Source of the DNA: Camelus ferus
Lineage: Eukaryota
Assembly: GCF_009834535.1 (NCBI RefSeq)
Contig: NC_045696.1
Coordinates: 120,962,001 to 121,026,000, forward strand
DNA: 64,000 nucleotides
Direction: 5' to 3'
A program made the position numbers and the translations under genes. The notes under the pieces were generated by a model that saw only the letters and a program-made list of their open reading frames with translations, did no database searches and was not told the DNA's origin. Each line of letters opens with the position of its first letter. Position 1 is the stretch's first letter. Of this stretch, positions 12,696 through 25,170 are shown in pieces.

Positions 12696-14702
12696 GTAAG
12701 CGGCCTTCCCAAGGGGCCCCCAGGGCTCTGGGGGCAATTGTTGGAAGAGCGGAAACCACAGCAAGAAATCAAACTGCACACTCTCATTAGATATTTATCA
12801 GTTTATCCCTTCCCTCCTTCCCTCAGAAGATGGTAATTGAGCCATAGATGGTTCTGAGGTGCCAGGCACTGTTATTATGAGCCTTTATTCTTGTGTGGAA
12901 GGGAGGACTGAACATCAGGGAGGCTATCAGGGACAAAAATGTAGAGCCAGCCTCCAGACGGAGCCCCTTGCTGCTGACGCCTTGCGTGCATGCCCTGGGG
13001 AGCGGGTGAAAGGGGGCTGCTGAACCCCTCTGCCCGGAGCCTCCTCGCCCCTGGAGGGAGGAGAGTGTTCCCGCAGGGCTCTCGTGATGGCTTTAGGAAG
13101 GTTGGAAGCAGCACTGTTGTGCCGCGGGTGCCTTTGCCAAGCCTGTGCTCAGGGCAGAGCTGCAGGCGTGGGACACCATGGTGATTCGAGTCCACATGGG
13201 AAAAGGGACTTGCTTCCAGAGAGCTCTGCACTCCCAGTTTCTCAGACACTGGTTCTTCAGTTGCTAAGTGACCCAGTTTCCTAATTTTTCTTTTTCTTTC
13301 TTCCTCTGCCATCTTTCTGGTGGCTTAGAAGCCTCAGCCGAGAACTAGAGAGACCAAAAAAGGCCTGAAACTCAAATTAGTCCATCGTGTGACCTTGTTA
13401 ATGTGTCTGAAAAGTGATTCAAGGTGTCCTTGTACTTACTTACAGTGAATATCACGAGGAACTGACTAAGACCCCAAAGATGGTTTTCCCTTAATACGTG
13501 TTTTCTTTAATAAACATGAAGAGTTCCGTCAAAGTGCTTCATGGGCAGCAGGGTGCCGGTGACTGTGTCACAGCCACGCCGGGGGTGCAGGGCCCGGGGA
13601 GTGGCTGCTGCTCTGTTTGCTGATTCCGTGGTGTAAATACTCCCACGATGGAGTTTCATGGTACCAGTGCGGTGTCACTGAATGTTCAGTTGGACAATGT
13701 ATATAAACCAGTGAATCACCGAGTGTAGATTCTGCTGAGAAAATACATTCATGAAAGTTGTTTGAATCATTGCATCAACTCCCAGTCCCAAATCTATTTC
13801 ACATACCCCGGGAATGGTTCCTAGGATTCATGTCACTGGTTGAGGGTAGAAGGAAAGTTAAATCTCCAACAGGAACAGATTTAAAAGGCAATGTAATAAC
13901 TTACATGCACAGTACAAATTATTTTTCAGATTAAAACTTTTAATACACAAAAGTCATAGATCTTCCTCATGACATTTAATATTTTTGTTATTTAAGGGAA
14001 ATTTTTAAAACAGTTTGTTCTTGATATTATGAATGAATTGTATTACAGCTGTTTTGATGATTGTTTCTAGGACTCGAGAGAGCTCACGTGTTTTAGCTAG
14101 AAAACGACTCTGTTGTCATGAGGGTTATCACATACCTGCTTTATAGACAAGGAAATCTGACTACAGGGATGTTCAGTGAATTTGCCAAAAATCAAAGTAT
14201 AAATTAGCACACAAGGAATCACAGGAACTCAAATGTTTCTTAATAGGTCTATTAAACTCAACTCTCCTGTTGTAGAGGAAACAGAAAATGTCTGGAAAAA
14301 ATTCCCCTTCACAGCGACTCTCATACTCTTTTCCATTAATTCCATGGAATGCCATCTCTGTTGCCCCTGTCTGTGGGCTTGTTACCCGGTGCACGTAGTG
14401 GGCGTCAGGGACACACGCCCCTGCCGGCACAGGCTGGGAGCGCACGGGGTGGGGACCGCCCTCTGCTGTGTTTGGGGGGCTCTGAGGTGACCGAGGGGCC
14501 AGGCATCCTGTGTGCACTCACCCAGTGGGGCTGCACCGCACTCACCCCGATGAGGGAGAGACCCGCGGGCCTGGCATCCCGACCGACAGCCCAGTTTGCC
14601 TATTGAAACAGGGATCACGCTTAGCTGTGTAACATAGATGTGGTTTTGTTAATGTATGTAAAGTACCTTTTACAGCTCCTTTTCTACGTTCACATTATGC
14701 AG

Positions 14703-14796
14703 AAAGCTTGCGGAAGAAAAGTATGAAGAAAACAACAAACGAATGCAGGAGCTGAGACGTGGGAACTTTCAGCAGCTAACTGCTGACGTGCTCCAT
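14703..14796 (+). CDS. NEK11: NEK11 coding exon (94 nt), coiled-coil: KLAEEKYEENNKRMQELRRGNFQQLTADVLH
   Basis: Acceptor cacattatgcag|A and donor CAT|gtaagt. Phase 2 in, phase 0 out. Matches recalled KIVEEKYEENSKRMQELRSRNFQQLSVDVLH. Confidence 0.95.
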
Positions 14797-16449
14797 GTAA
14801 GTGCCCTTCCATCTTAAATCTCACCTAAGACCTCTCCTTGCCTCAGATGCTTGGGTAGGAAGAGAGACAAGGTGGGGGAAAGCACCCAGACCGACTGCAC
14901 AGGTCCCGGGAGGAAGTCCTGGGGGCGTTTGGGGACGTGGGCGGACAGTGAGCACGCGGACTCAGAGCAGCTGTGCCGGGCGCTGGCGGGGAAGGACGAC
15001 CAGAGCTCAGACCGGGACCCTGCCGGGCAGACGTGGGTGTGTGTGGTTCTGAGTCTCAGCCATGCTGTCGTTTTCTTTACCTAGCTAGTCCATTGTTCTT
15101 TTTCTGACTTATTTTTCATTCTTCCCCTTTTACTTTCTGTCTCTCAACCATGTGATTGTGCATTGTGTTAATAACCCCTTTCAAACTTTGAAGGATTATC
15201 ACAGATGGCCGATAATACACGGGGTTGCAGACTCACATGAAATGTCCCCAAATGCGTGTCCTCTGCACCCCAAGCTCCTGAACAGCAAACACCATCCCCC
15301 TAAGGGTTAAAAACATCTTCATAGGCCTTGGTGTGGGTGTTGAGACTTGAGGTGGTCTTTCTTCAGGGTCGTATTTGGATAGTAGGCATGGACACCAGCC
15401 TCCTCGCTAGGTAGGTAACAGCAGCTTGGGAAGGAGTCATTTCTGTGGAGGACTTAACTCTCTCAAATTCTGGTTATTTGTTCGTTGGAGATCCCTCCAT
15501 CTGAGGGAGATTCTTTCCTTTAGCAGGAGGAGCCGAGCCCCCCATGGCTGTGGGGGTGATCCCTGAGGTCAGGGGAGGCTGGTTTTGCTGCAGCCCAGTA
15601 ATCAGAGGGCCCCACGCCCTGGGCTGTGCAAGCCCCAGCAGAGCTCACTCTCAGACAGGCCAGAGCCTCAAACGTTGTCTTATGCCTCCCCTCAGTTACT
15701 GAGGGGTTGCGAGCCCTTTTGAGTTCTGAAAACACAAAGCTGGACGAGCCAGGGCCAGCCCTTTCTGACCTTATGAGTCTTCCTCCATTGGACCCTTTAG
15801 CAGATGGTGTGGGGACGCTGATGAGGCACCCCCCCCATCTCCACCCACCCTCCTCAGTGAAGCCAGCCCAGAGACATGGGAGGGGGATGGTTCCTGCTCT
15901 CAGACAGAACCTGGTGAGGGGAGGAATGGCTGGATCCAGGGGTGAGGGGTCAGCAGCTGTGTCTGTCAAACCCCGGCCACTTCCGGGAAGGGTCTAGATG
16001 CCACCAAGCCCCCTCCAAACACGGAGCACCCTCCTTCAGCTCCCCAGCACTTTCTTGGCCCTGAAATGCTGACTTGTGGGGGCAGATCTTCTTCCCCTCA
16101 GGACTGAGAGCTGCAGGTCCACAGACCCTCACAGGGAGTCTGGAAGGTGTTAAGAAGTCTGCCTTTGTTAATGTATGTAAAGTACCCTATTTAATCAGCT
16201 GATAGAAACCAGGACTTTTTTTCAGGAATGCTCAGGGTCCCCTGCTTCCAAGGTACTTTGCCCCCAGAGGTTGGAAATTGAGAATTACAGGCCTGGTCAC
16301 ATTTTGTTTCATAAAACCTAAATAACTGTATTCTTGGAGTTACCACATGGCAAATAAAAATGTAGTTTCCAGATTGAGCTTACATTTTAGTGTCTGATAA
16401 CTTACTTAACTTTTTTACTTTTCTTCTATGACTTTTCCAAATAATCATT

Positions 16450-17540
16450 TTGGGAAGAAAAGATAGTCTCTTCAATAAGTGGTGCTGGGGAAAGTGGACA
16501 GCTCCCTGTAAAAGACTGAAACCAGAACATTCCCTAACACTATATACAAAAATAAACTCAAGTGGATTAAACACCTAAATGTAAGACAAGACACTATAAA
16601 ACTCATAGAAGAAAACATAGGCAAAACACTCTTTGACATGCATTGCCCCTGTATTTTTTGGATCCATCTCCNNNNNNNNNNNNNNNNNNNNNNNNNNNNN
16701 NNNNNNNNNNNNNNNNNNNNNNNNNNNNNNNNNNNNNNNNNNNNNNNNNNNNNNNNNNNNNNNNNNNNNNNNNNNNNNNNNNNNNNNNNNNNNNNNNNNN
16801 NNNNNNNNNNNNNNNGGGATTAATTTCCAAAATATACAAGCAGTTCACACAGCTTGATATCAAAAAGAACAAACAACCCAATCAAAAAATGGGCAGAAGA
16901 CCTAAATAGACACTTCTGTGAGGAAGACATGCAGATGGACCACAGGCACGAGAAAATAAGCTCAACATCACTACTTATCAGAGAAACACAAATCACACCT
17001 GCAATGAGGTGTCACCTCACACCAGTCAGAATGGCCACCATCAAAAAGTCNNNNNNNNNNNNNNNNNNNNNNNNNNNNNNNNNNNNNNNNNNNNNNNNNN
17101 NNNNNNNNNNNNNNNNNNNNNNNNNNNNNNNNNNNNNNNNNNNNNNNNNNNNNNNNNNNNNNNNNNNNNNNNNNNNNNNNNNNNNNNNNNNNNNNNNNNN
17201 NNNNNNNNNNNNNNNNNNNNNNNAACCCCAATTCGAAAAGATACATGCACCCCAATGTTCACAGCAGCACTATATACAATAGCCAAGACATGGAAACAAC
17301 CTAAAAGTCCATTGACAGATGGCTGGATAAAGAAGCTGTGGTATATTTATACAATGGGATACTACTCAGCCATAAAAAAAAAATAAAATAATGCCACTTG
17401 CAGTGACGTGGATGGACCTGGAGATTGTCATTCTAAGTGAAGTAAGCCAGAAAGAGAAAGAAAAATACCATATGATATCACATTTATGTGGAATCTAAAG
17501 AAAAAAAAAGACAAATTTATTTACAACACAGAAACAAAAA
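16450..17540 (+). mobile_element. L1 ORF2 3' fragment with truncated 3' UTR; two N blocks
   Basis: ORF2 C-terminal motifs [62 protein letters not shown]. Confidence 0.9.
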
Positions 17541-17730
17541 TGGGCTTCTTAAAAATATTTTGTGACTATTTTCACAAATGACTCACCACAGTGTGGCACG
17601 GCTTTGTTTTACTCATTCATTTAAGATTAATTTGAACTTTCTGCTTTTGATAAGAAGACTGTCTTGGAGTAGTTCTCCATGAAAGCCGTTTATCAAGTAA
17701 AATTGGTCAGTTCAGCATTAGCTCTGGGTT

Positions 17731-17734
<4 letters not shown>

Positions 17735-17765
<31 letters not shown>
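17735..17765. repeat. (CA)n microsatellite, about 15 units
   Basis: Uninterrupted acac run. Confidence 0.95.
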
Positions 17766-17767
<2 letters not shown>

Positions 17768-18328
17768 GATTACTTGAAATCCCTACTGATACATTTGAGA
17801 AGTTTACCTTTTGCTTTTTTGAAGTGTAAATCCTTTCATGTCACCTGTCAGAGCTCTTTCTTTTAGAAAATTGAAATTCATAGACTCATGGAACTTTTAA
17901 AGCCAGAAGAAACTTGGATGTCCTCCAGGCCAGCATGTCCAGTTTTGAGATGCTGAGAACAGGCCTGGACAAGGGTCGGGTCAGTGTGAGGCCCCAGGTG
18001 GGCGGCTGAAGGAGCTCCTGGCTCTCAGCTGCCGATCAAGTGAATCTCTCCTTCGATTGTGCCCTGGGGCGTCCACCTGCCTCACCCTGAAACTAAGGTC
18101 ATGGAGGGTTAAATGCTTTGCCCAAGGTCACACCTGTCCATTGATTCAAGACTGTTTCTCTTATTCCAAGCTGCCTTGCTGAGATTGGAAAATGTTTTCA
18201 TGTTTGAGGAAGAGGATTAGGTAGGCTTTTGTTTCCAAATCGTCTTCTAAACAAGCATCTTGTTTCATTTGTGGCAATGCTGTTTCCTCCTGCCGGCTTC
18301 TCATGAATTGTTAATTATTTTCCACAAG

Positions 18329-18443
18329 GAATTTGATGCCCCAGCTGCAGAGGACCTGCCTGCATCTCAGCCCGTTCCTTCCCCGGACCTTGGCGCACGG
18401 GAGTCAAGTGTGGAGGACACCATAGCTGACCTTGGAGATCATG
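18329..18443 (+). CDS. NEK11: NEK11 coding exon (115 nt): EFDAPAAEDLPASQPVPSPDLGARESSVEDTIADLGDH
   Basis: Acceptor attttccacaag|G and donor G|gtatga. Phase 0 in, phase 1 out. Aligns to recalled ESDEPTLENLPESQPIPSMDLHELESIVEDATSDLGYH. Confidence 0.9.
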
Positions 18444-18689
18444 GTATGAGTTTGCACCAATTTTCAGAAGGCTGCCCTTGATGACACGTGGGTTGGTGTG
18501 GCTGACCCATCAGTAGGTCTGGATGTCTATGACCGTCTTCCATCAGTTTCCCGGATCTTGGCTGGGGTCAGAGTGAAAAGCAGAGAAGCCAGGGGTTTGT
18601 CTGTCCTCTCCTGTCTTCTTTGTCGCAGGGAAAATGAGTTGGAAACTCGCACCAGGCGAGGGACCTCCTCTTCTGCATGAGTTACGCAG

Positions 18690-18730
18690 CATCATTAACA
18701 TGGCTCTGCGTCATCATTAACATGGCTCTG
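18690..18730. repeat. Tandem duplication of catcattaacatggctctg (19 bp x2, period 22)
   Basis: Exact copies at 18690-18708 and 18712-18730. Confidence 0.95.
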
Positions 18731-19189
18731 GAGCAGTGTGGGACTGGGAACGTGCTCAAGTCCTGTTTCCCTCTGTATGTGGCTTCCCTGGCCCTCATAA
18801 ACCAGAAAGAAAAGTGCTCAGAGCTCTGACCCAAACTGGGGAGATACGTCATGGCCTGATGGTTAAAAACATAAGTTTTGGAGTAAGACAGCTGGCCCTA
18901 TCAGGGAAGCCCCTGGCAACAGTCTCTCAAGGTCCCAGCTTCCTCATCCATGAAACGAGAATGGAGTAAATGAGGTCAGACCCGTGGCATCTCTCAGCTC
19001 CGAACCCAGCACAGGGTAAGAGCCACAGAGAGTGGAGCAGTTCATGGCCCTGAGGGGGACGGTTGTGAACGGAGGCCTCACAGTCTTTCCCCCCATCTCC
19101 CCAGGGTCTTAGACAAAGTGCCAGGAGAATCACAGGCCCTCAATCAATATTTCTTGAGTGAATGAATGAGTGGGTGAGTAAGTGAATGG

Positions 19190-19600
19190 ATGACATATTG
19201 TCTGGACCTCTGAGAAGCAGATGCCAAGATGGGACTAAAAGTGCAAGGATGTTATTCGGGGAAGTGTCTGCATGAAAGGAATTAGGAAAGGGGCTGGGAG
19301 AGGCTGAGAGGACCATCAGACCACCACTGGAGTCTCGTTCCGCGTCTTGTTCCGCGACGTGTACTAGCCTGCGAGGCAGAAAGGAGGCAGCAAAGACACC
19401 AGGAAGTCCCTCGGGAGAGCCTGCCCTCAGAGGCCTTAGTGTCCCTGCTGCACTTGAGCAGTGGCCTGGGGGGACTTGGTGGCCTCTGGCAGGATGCAGG
19501 CTCAGGTCTCAGGACCCAGCCGCAGGGGCCCTTGGCTAGTTATGCCCCTTGTGGTTGGCAGTCTTGGAGGTGCCTCCTCGTGGCTGCACAGGGGTGTGAC
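19190..19600. mobile_element. Old MaLR (MLT1-type) LTR fragment
   Basis: ggacctctgagaagcagatgccaagatgggactaaaagtgcaaggatgttattcgggg resembles MLT1 LTRs. Similar text occurs at ~49180 and ~26000. Limits approximate. Confidence 0.55.
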
Positions 19601-21829
19601 TGCTCTCCTTAGCAGTAGGTGAGCTCTCTTTTCAAAGAATGGAGTTAGTGAAACTTGGATTGGCTGGTCCTCTCAGCCCGAGTCTGCATTGGTGACCCCC
19701 CCACCCCCTCTAGAGCTGTGAGCGCTGGAGTCCCTCCTCCAGCCATAAGGGGCCAGCACCCGAAGCTCTTCAGATTGGCGTTTGCCAGTGTTGAAAATGA
19801 TGCCATGGAGGCCACCTGGTAACAGGGTTACGGGTGCCAGATGGATTTGCATCTAGATTCTTTTCAGGTAATTCTTTAGTACATTGCTATTTTCCAAGGA
19901 TAAAATTTGGAAGCATAGAAATGTCCCATGGGCCTTTCTTTCCAAGACTGTAAAATTGAGAGGCCATTGAGTAGCCCCTGATGTGGACGGCGTGTGCCCT
20001 GCTGGCAGAGGAGGCCCCAGACGGGATGTGGAGTGGGTGGCCTTGGATCAGGCTGGGCCCAGCCTCCAGATTTCAAATAGGAAAGGTGCTTATTACTCCC
20101 TTCACAGTTGAGAAACCAAAGACAGTAAGTAATTTGCTCAAGGGCTCCCAAGTTCCTGCTTTCTAGCACAAATTACTCTAAGCTGGCTCTGACCACAGGG
20201 CTGCCAGGACACTCGGGCTGGCGTCCTCCTCACCTCTCTGTCTGTCTTCCGTCGGGAGGTTAGTGTGGCAGCCCGTGTGGTGAGTCACCAGCCAGACGGG
20301 AAACGGCGGGTCCGCTCCTTCCACCGCCTCGTGCAGTAAGGAGACTCTACTTAGAGCCCATGGTGAGCTGTGAGATCCAAAAAACACATGGTAGTTTGAG
20401 CTGGGCCAAATGCCCTGCAGGATACTTTAAGCATTTTCCTTACTTTTTCCTCTCTGTAGTTCATACTTTACAATTTCTTAAATATTAAGTTGAAAAGGGA
20501 GACTTAGAAGTGTGAAAATGTCACCTTTGGGTTGGTGATGGACTGGAATGGTGAGCAACTAAATGATTAGTGATCACAGAGCTTGAAATTCTGAGACATG
20601 AGACTAATTTGTTGGTGAGCCCTGAAGTGATTATTTACCCTATTCTTTTTGCTTTTGAAGAAGATTTGACTCCAGACTTTCAGCACCCAAAGGAAGTTTT
20701 TATTTATTTTTTTATCTGACTTGTATATGTAAAATAAAATTACACATTCTTTTTAAGCTCCTACACCAGATGTTTCATCAGCCTTTGATGTTGAATCGGG
20801 ACTTTCCCTCTGGGGTTGAGGCATTAGCTGCGGAGAAGGAAGACAGGGGCGGCATTATTTACATCTGATATGCATTCAGTTGATTGCAGCTGATTTAATC
20901 TAGCCAAAGTTGTGGATAACTATTATAATCAAATGAGAATGCACAACTGGAACGTTGAATGAATTATCCTCTTTTAACTCCTTATGTGAAATGCTGCTGC
21001 TTTCTTGCACAGGAATTTTTGCCAGGAACTTCGTCACACTCTAGCCTTGTTTTCAGGAATTCACAGCTGAGCTTCAGAATTGCATTTCTTGCAAAGCTGG
21101 GAGAGCCTGAGACTCAGGGCCCCCAGACCCACCTAGAGCATAGGCCTCATGACACAGAGGCTGCAGTGGTGTAGGCCTTGGCTGCCCGCCCACTCCCTGG
21201 CCAGCTGTCCCCTCCTAACCTACCTCCTGTTGAGCCGCTCCTCGAGCACATCCTGAGCCTCTTCCCTGTGCTCAGAGAAAGCTCTGACCTCAAGGGGGTC
21301 GTACTTGGCTTGCCTCTGGGAAGTCCACGTGCCCTTTACGGCCGTGCGCCAGCGATGCCTTCTCTTCCCTTAAAATGTTGAAGTGGAAACGAGGTGATTT
21401 GAACTCTGTCAGACAATGATATATTTTTATTGTTTTAATTTTAAGAGAGAAAATGTTTACTCACTGCAGTCCCACTTTTAGACAGTTACTGGGGAAGTGA
21501 AAGCACGTCTACAGAACATCTGAACACAAATGTATTTATAGTATCAAAAATTAGAGACAAGTCAAGTGTCATTCCACAGGCCAGTGGGCAAATAAACCTG
21601 TAGCTTCTCCGTCCCAGGCAACACTACTCAGCAATGGAAAGGAGCAAACTTTGTGCCACACGCTGCAGGTGGCCATCAGAGCTCTGGGCGGAGCGGAAGG
21701 AGCCACACACAGAAGCACTGCTAGTGAGTGGTTCTGTGTCTGTGAGTCCTCCGACCAGGAGCGCTTGTCTCTGGTGACAGGCGTGAGGCCAGTGGCTGCC
21801 TGGTGTCGTGGTGTGGGAACGGACCCCAG

Positions 21830-22100
21830 ACATGCACAAGGAACCTACCTCCTGTGGTGATGGAGTTCGCTATCTTGACAGTGGTGACGGTTACCCAGAT
21901 GTATATACTTGTCATAACTTACTAAACTCTATTTTTTTTTAATTTTTAATGGAGGCACTGGTGATTGAACCCAGGACCTCGTACATGCTAAGCATACGCT
22001 CTACCACTGAGCTACACCCTCCCCTTTGAACTCTGTACTTTAAATGAGCGCATTTTATTGTCTATAAATTACACCTCAATAAAGTCAATAAATTTTAAAA
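21830..22100 (+). mobile_element. Old L1M 3' end, interrupted by a SINE
   Basis: ttgacagtggtgacggttacccagatgtatatacttgtcataact...tacacctcaataaagtc, the typical L1M terminus. Confidence 0.75.
21932..22024 (-). mobile_element. tRNA-Ala-derived camelid SINE (Vic-1-like), second copy
   Basis: Reverse complement ggggagggtgtagctcagtggtagagcgtatgcttagcatgtacgaggtcctgggttcaatcaccagtgcctccattaaaaattaaaa. The repeat aactct flanks it (21925-21930 and 22029-22034). Confidence 0.88.
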
Positions 22101-25044
22101 ATGATAAAATACCCAGAAAAGAAGAAAACAGGAGTAATACCTGTTAGTCTGCATTTTAGCTGCTGAGTGTCTGGGAGAGACTCGTGTGGCACTGTGGACA
22201 CAAACAGCAGCTGGGACGATGTCTGGGCACCACTTTGGTTACAAAGTCCTTAGTCCAGAAGACAACCCTGGGTTTTCTTCTAATGTCACTGTTGTCCTCC
22301 GCAGGGAGTGCTGACAGAGTGTGGGGGTCTTCTCTCGGGAGGAGCGGAGGCTGGGGGCTGGGATCCCTTAGCTCCCCTCTCAGCCCTTGGTTGGAGGGCT
22401 GACGGCGGCGTGGTTGGGGACCCAGGCCGGCAGGTCTAAGGTGACCTCGGAGCCACTAAAGAAGCTGGAGCCTAACAGGACAAAACCTGACAGCCCAGCC
22501 TGCAGAACCCCCAGGACAGAGACACTGGTGGAGCCACCTGGCTTAGCAGCTCTCAGAAGGGAGGACCCCGTGCTGGCGGCCATCCCCCTGGTCCCAGATG
22601 TCCCGTCACTCCAGGGCTGTAGCCGTCTTGGAGACGTGAGTGATACATATACACTGATGGCGGTTTTGTTCCATGATGTCACACGCTCCACTGAGTTGCA
22701 CTTGTGTTTCCACCTGACTGTCTCATTGACTCCCAGGAATACAGGCCCCTGCAGGCACTCCCTCACGTGCTGAGCTCTGGAGGATAAGTAGGACGAAGCT
22801 AGGACTAACTGAAGACACACGGACCCCACCCTGAGGCACACTTAATGAATCAGAGAGCTCCTGCATGCTGAGCTGATGGGCGCCTCTAATGGAAATTTAA
22901 AAGATTGTATCCAAGTTGCAAAGCAGAAGTGGAGGCAGGGTCACCCCTGCCACGGCAGCCACTGCACCGCTGTGTCCTAAGCAGGCATCCTAGAAATGAG
23001 GAAAACCAGTCTCCAGAACCTCAACTCTCGTCATAAAGAAAATCAGTGACGTGGGCCTCTCACTTGGGAAAGATGTCTGTGGTCCCATGGTCCCCCCACC
23101 GTGGCTAATATAAATCACACAGTGCTTATGAACCGAGGGCTCTACTGGGGGCGGAGAGCATCCTGAAGTGGCTGCGCCTGGCCTATCATGGTTAAACTTT
23201 GGAACGAATCAATTAAGCAGAAAATCAAATAAGCATCAGTCATGGCTTTAAGGTAGGACAGAACACAAAATGTAATAGACTGAGACCTCATATAATGTGT
23301 GCCTCAGATGGCGTTTGGGACACACCATGCATGGTTTTCCCTTAGTCGATGAAATTGTTTTCCACGCGTGCAGTTTCACAGTCACACTCAGGGCTCCTGC
23401 ACCCCTCACCTGGAGATCATCCTTACGATGCCCAAAGCAGGCTGACCTGCTGGAGAAAATTAACACAGCCAGGTTGGCAGCGTCCAGTCCAGTCCATGAG
23501 CATCTTTGACTCATATGCTAGTATTTTGGTTGAAGTGACTGAAAAATTTTGCTTTGGTCTTAGGCCAGACCTTAATCTAGGCATTTGTAATAGGCATTTA
23601 AATTTGTCCTCCCTGATCTTTGTAAAGGGCTTTCTGTTCTGTTTCGTGGCACTGAGAGCCTGCTCAGTGTCAGCCAGCTCCCATATCACTTGTCAGACTC
23701 ATTTCTTCAAGTGAAATAACATGTCTCCAGAAAAAAAAAATCAACAAAACCTTTCTGGCCAGGAAAGACGGCAGCAGTATGTAATTCCTTTTGTCACTCA
23801 GGACTAACAGCATTTTCTGCCAGCTCTTCTTCTCTTGCTTCTAAAAAAATTCAAAATAGAAAAATAGGAAACCTGCAAAAATGTCCAAGATGATTGTCAT
23901 GTTTTGTAATAGTATGTCCATGTGTGAGCAGTGATATGAATTTGACTTATTCTAGAAAAGTCCATTTTTCCGTGCATGCCTGCCAAGAAGTGTTTGAGGC
24001 ACGGCCAGCATTTACAGCTCCCCAGCTGGACCTGCCTCTGAGGTTGCAGGAGGGGGTCTTCCTGGATTCACCTTGCTGTTCTGTGCACTGGCATCCATGT
24101 GTCAGAACACACGTCACACAAATCACGAGTGTGTGGTGTGACTGCACACCCGGCTTCACAGCTCACCTTGACCATCCTTTCCTGTGAACCCCTGACTTGT
24201 TTGGTCTCTTTTTGTGGCCATGGCTCCTTTAAATTGTTAATGGGCGTCTCTTCTTACAGGTAAAGATTAGCAGGCAAGTACAGAGTTGAAGATGCGTTGA
24301 AGGTGCCACGATCTTCCACTGCGTTTTGCGCTGGACGTGTGCGGTTGTGGGGCTCAAAGGGGGTGTACTCTTTTGATGTCTCAGATTCATTTTCTCTTTT
24401 GAATCTAGGACAAATGAACAACCCCAACTCCTCTCCCCAGCTTGACTCTACGTGACCTGTTTTCCTGGCTTCAAAAAGCTTACAGTTAAATTAATCCCCT
24501 CCCCCCTCTGTCCTCCGCCCCCCACAACCCCACTTTAAGGCACCTGATAGTTTGCGTGAGCAGCTGATCAGGAATCCGCGGCCTCCTCTTATTTGTGAGG
24601 TTACACATTTGAACAGGACTAACCTTTGTGCGTTTATGGTCCCCTGGAGGAGAAATTTCAGTGGGACAGTCACTCGAGAGGGCCAGAAAGTGACCACTAG
24701 TCAAGAAAAAGCAGGCTTGGGAAAAATTCTAAATGTTCCGGCCCCGTTAGCTGTGTGTCGCTGGTGGGGAGGGCTCAGTGCCCTGCTCATGCGAGCGTGT
24801 TCACGGCCACGTTCCCACCTGCTCCTGGGGACGCCCTCGCTCTTGGGAGCCGTCCTGACGTCATTCCACACCTCACCTCTCACTTTTTACTCCATGAGTC
24901 ATACTTCTGCATTCTTTGATCCCCAACCCAGTAGGCACCCCGGTAAGAGTGTATGTTTCCCATTACGTTGACAGAATTCATGGATTCACATTTGATGGCA
25001 TCCTCGAGAGGTGCTCGCGGCCCCGCAGCTGAGAGCCAGGGAGC

Positions 25045-25170
25045 CGGCCCCTCACCACTCAAAGCATGGTCCAAGGGCCGGCGTCACTACACCTGAGGAC
25101 TTGTTAGAAATGCAGGCTCTCGGACCCCAGCCCAGGCTCCTGGGTCAGAAGATGCAAAAGCCCAGTTATC
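25045..25170. mobile_element. MER5-family hAT-Charlie fragment
   Basis: cactcaaagcatggtcc...cacctgaggacttgttagaaatgcaggctctcggaccccagcccag. Confidence 0.65.

Noticed and set aside
14847-15032. CpG-rich ORF (GRKRDKVGES...) as the missing NEK11 exon
   Set aside because: It has no similarity to the recalled human peptide, and the upstream cctcag acceptor puts it out of phase (the phase-0 reading hits TAG).
18444-18481. Intron read-through (GMSLHQFSEGCP*) as a short NEK11 isoform end
   Set aside because: It is possible in principle, but I saw no nearby poly(A) signal and no support from sequence alone; the donor gtatga is adequate.
24246-24270. Candidate alternative terminal exon (ttcttacag|GTAAAGATTAG, giving HGKD*)
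   Set aside because: This is only a plausible acceptor in a 23.6-kb intron, with no homology or expression evidence.
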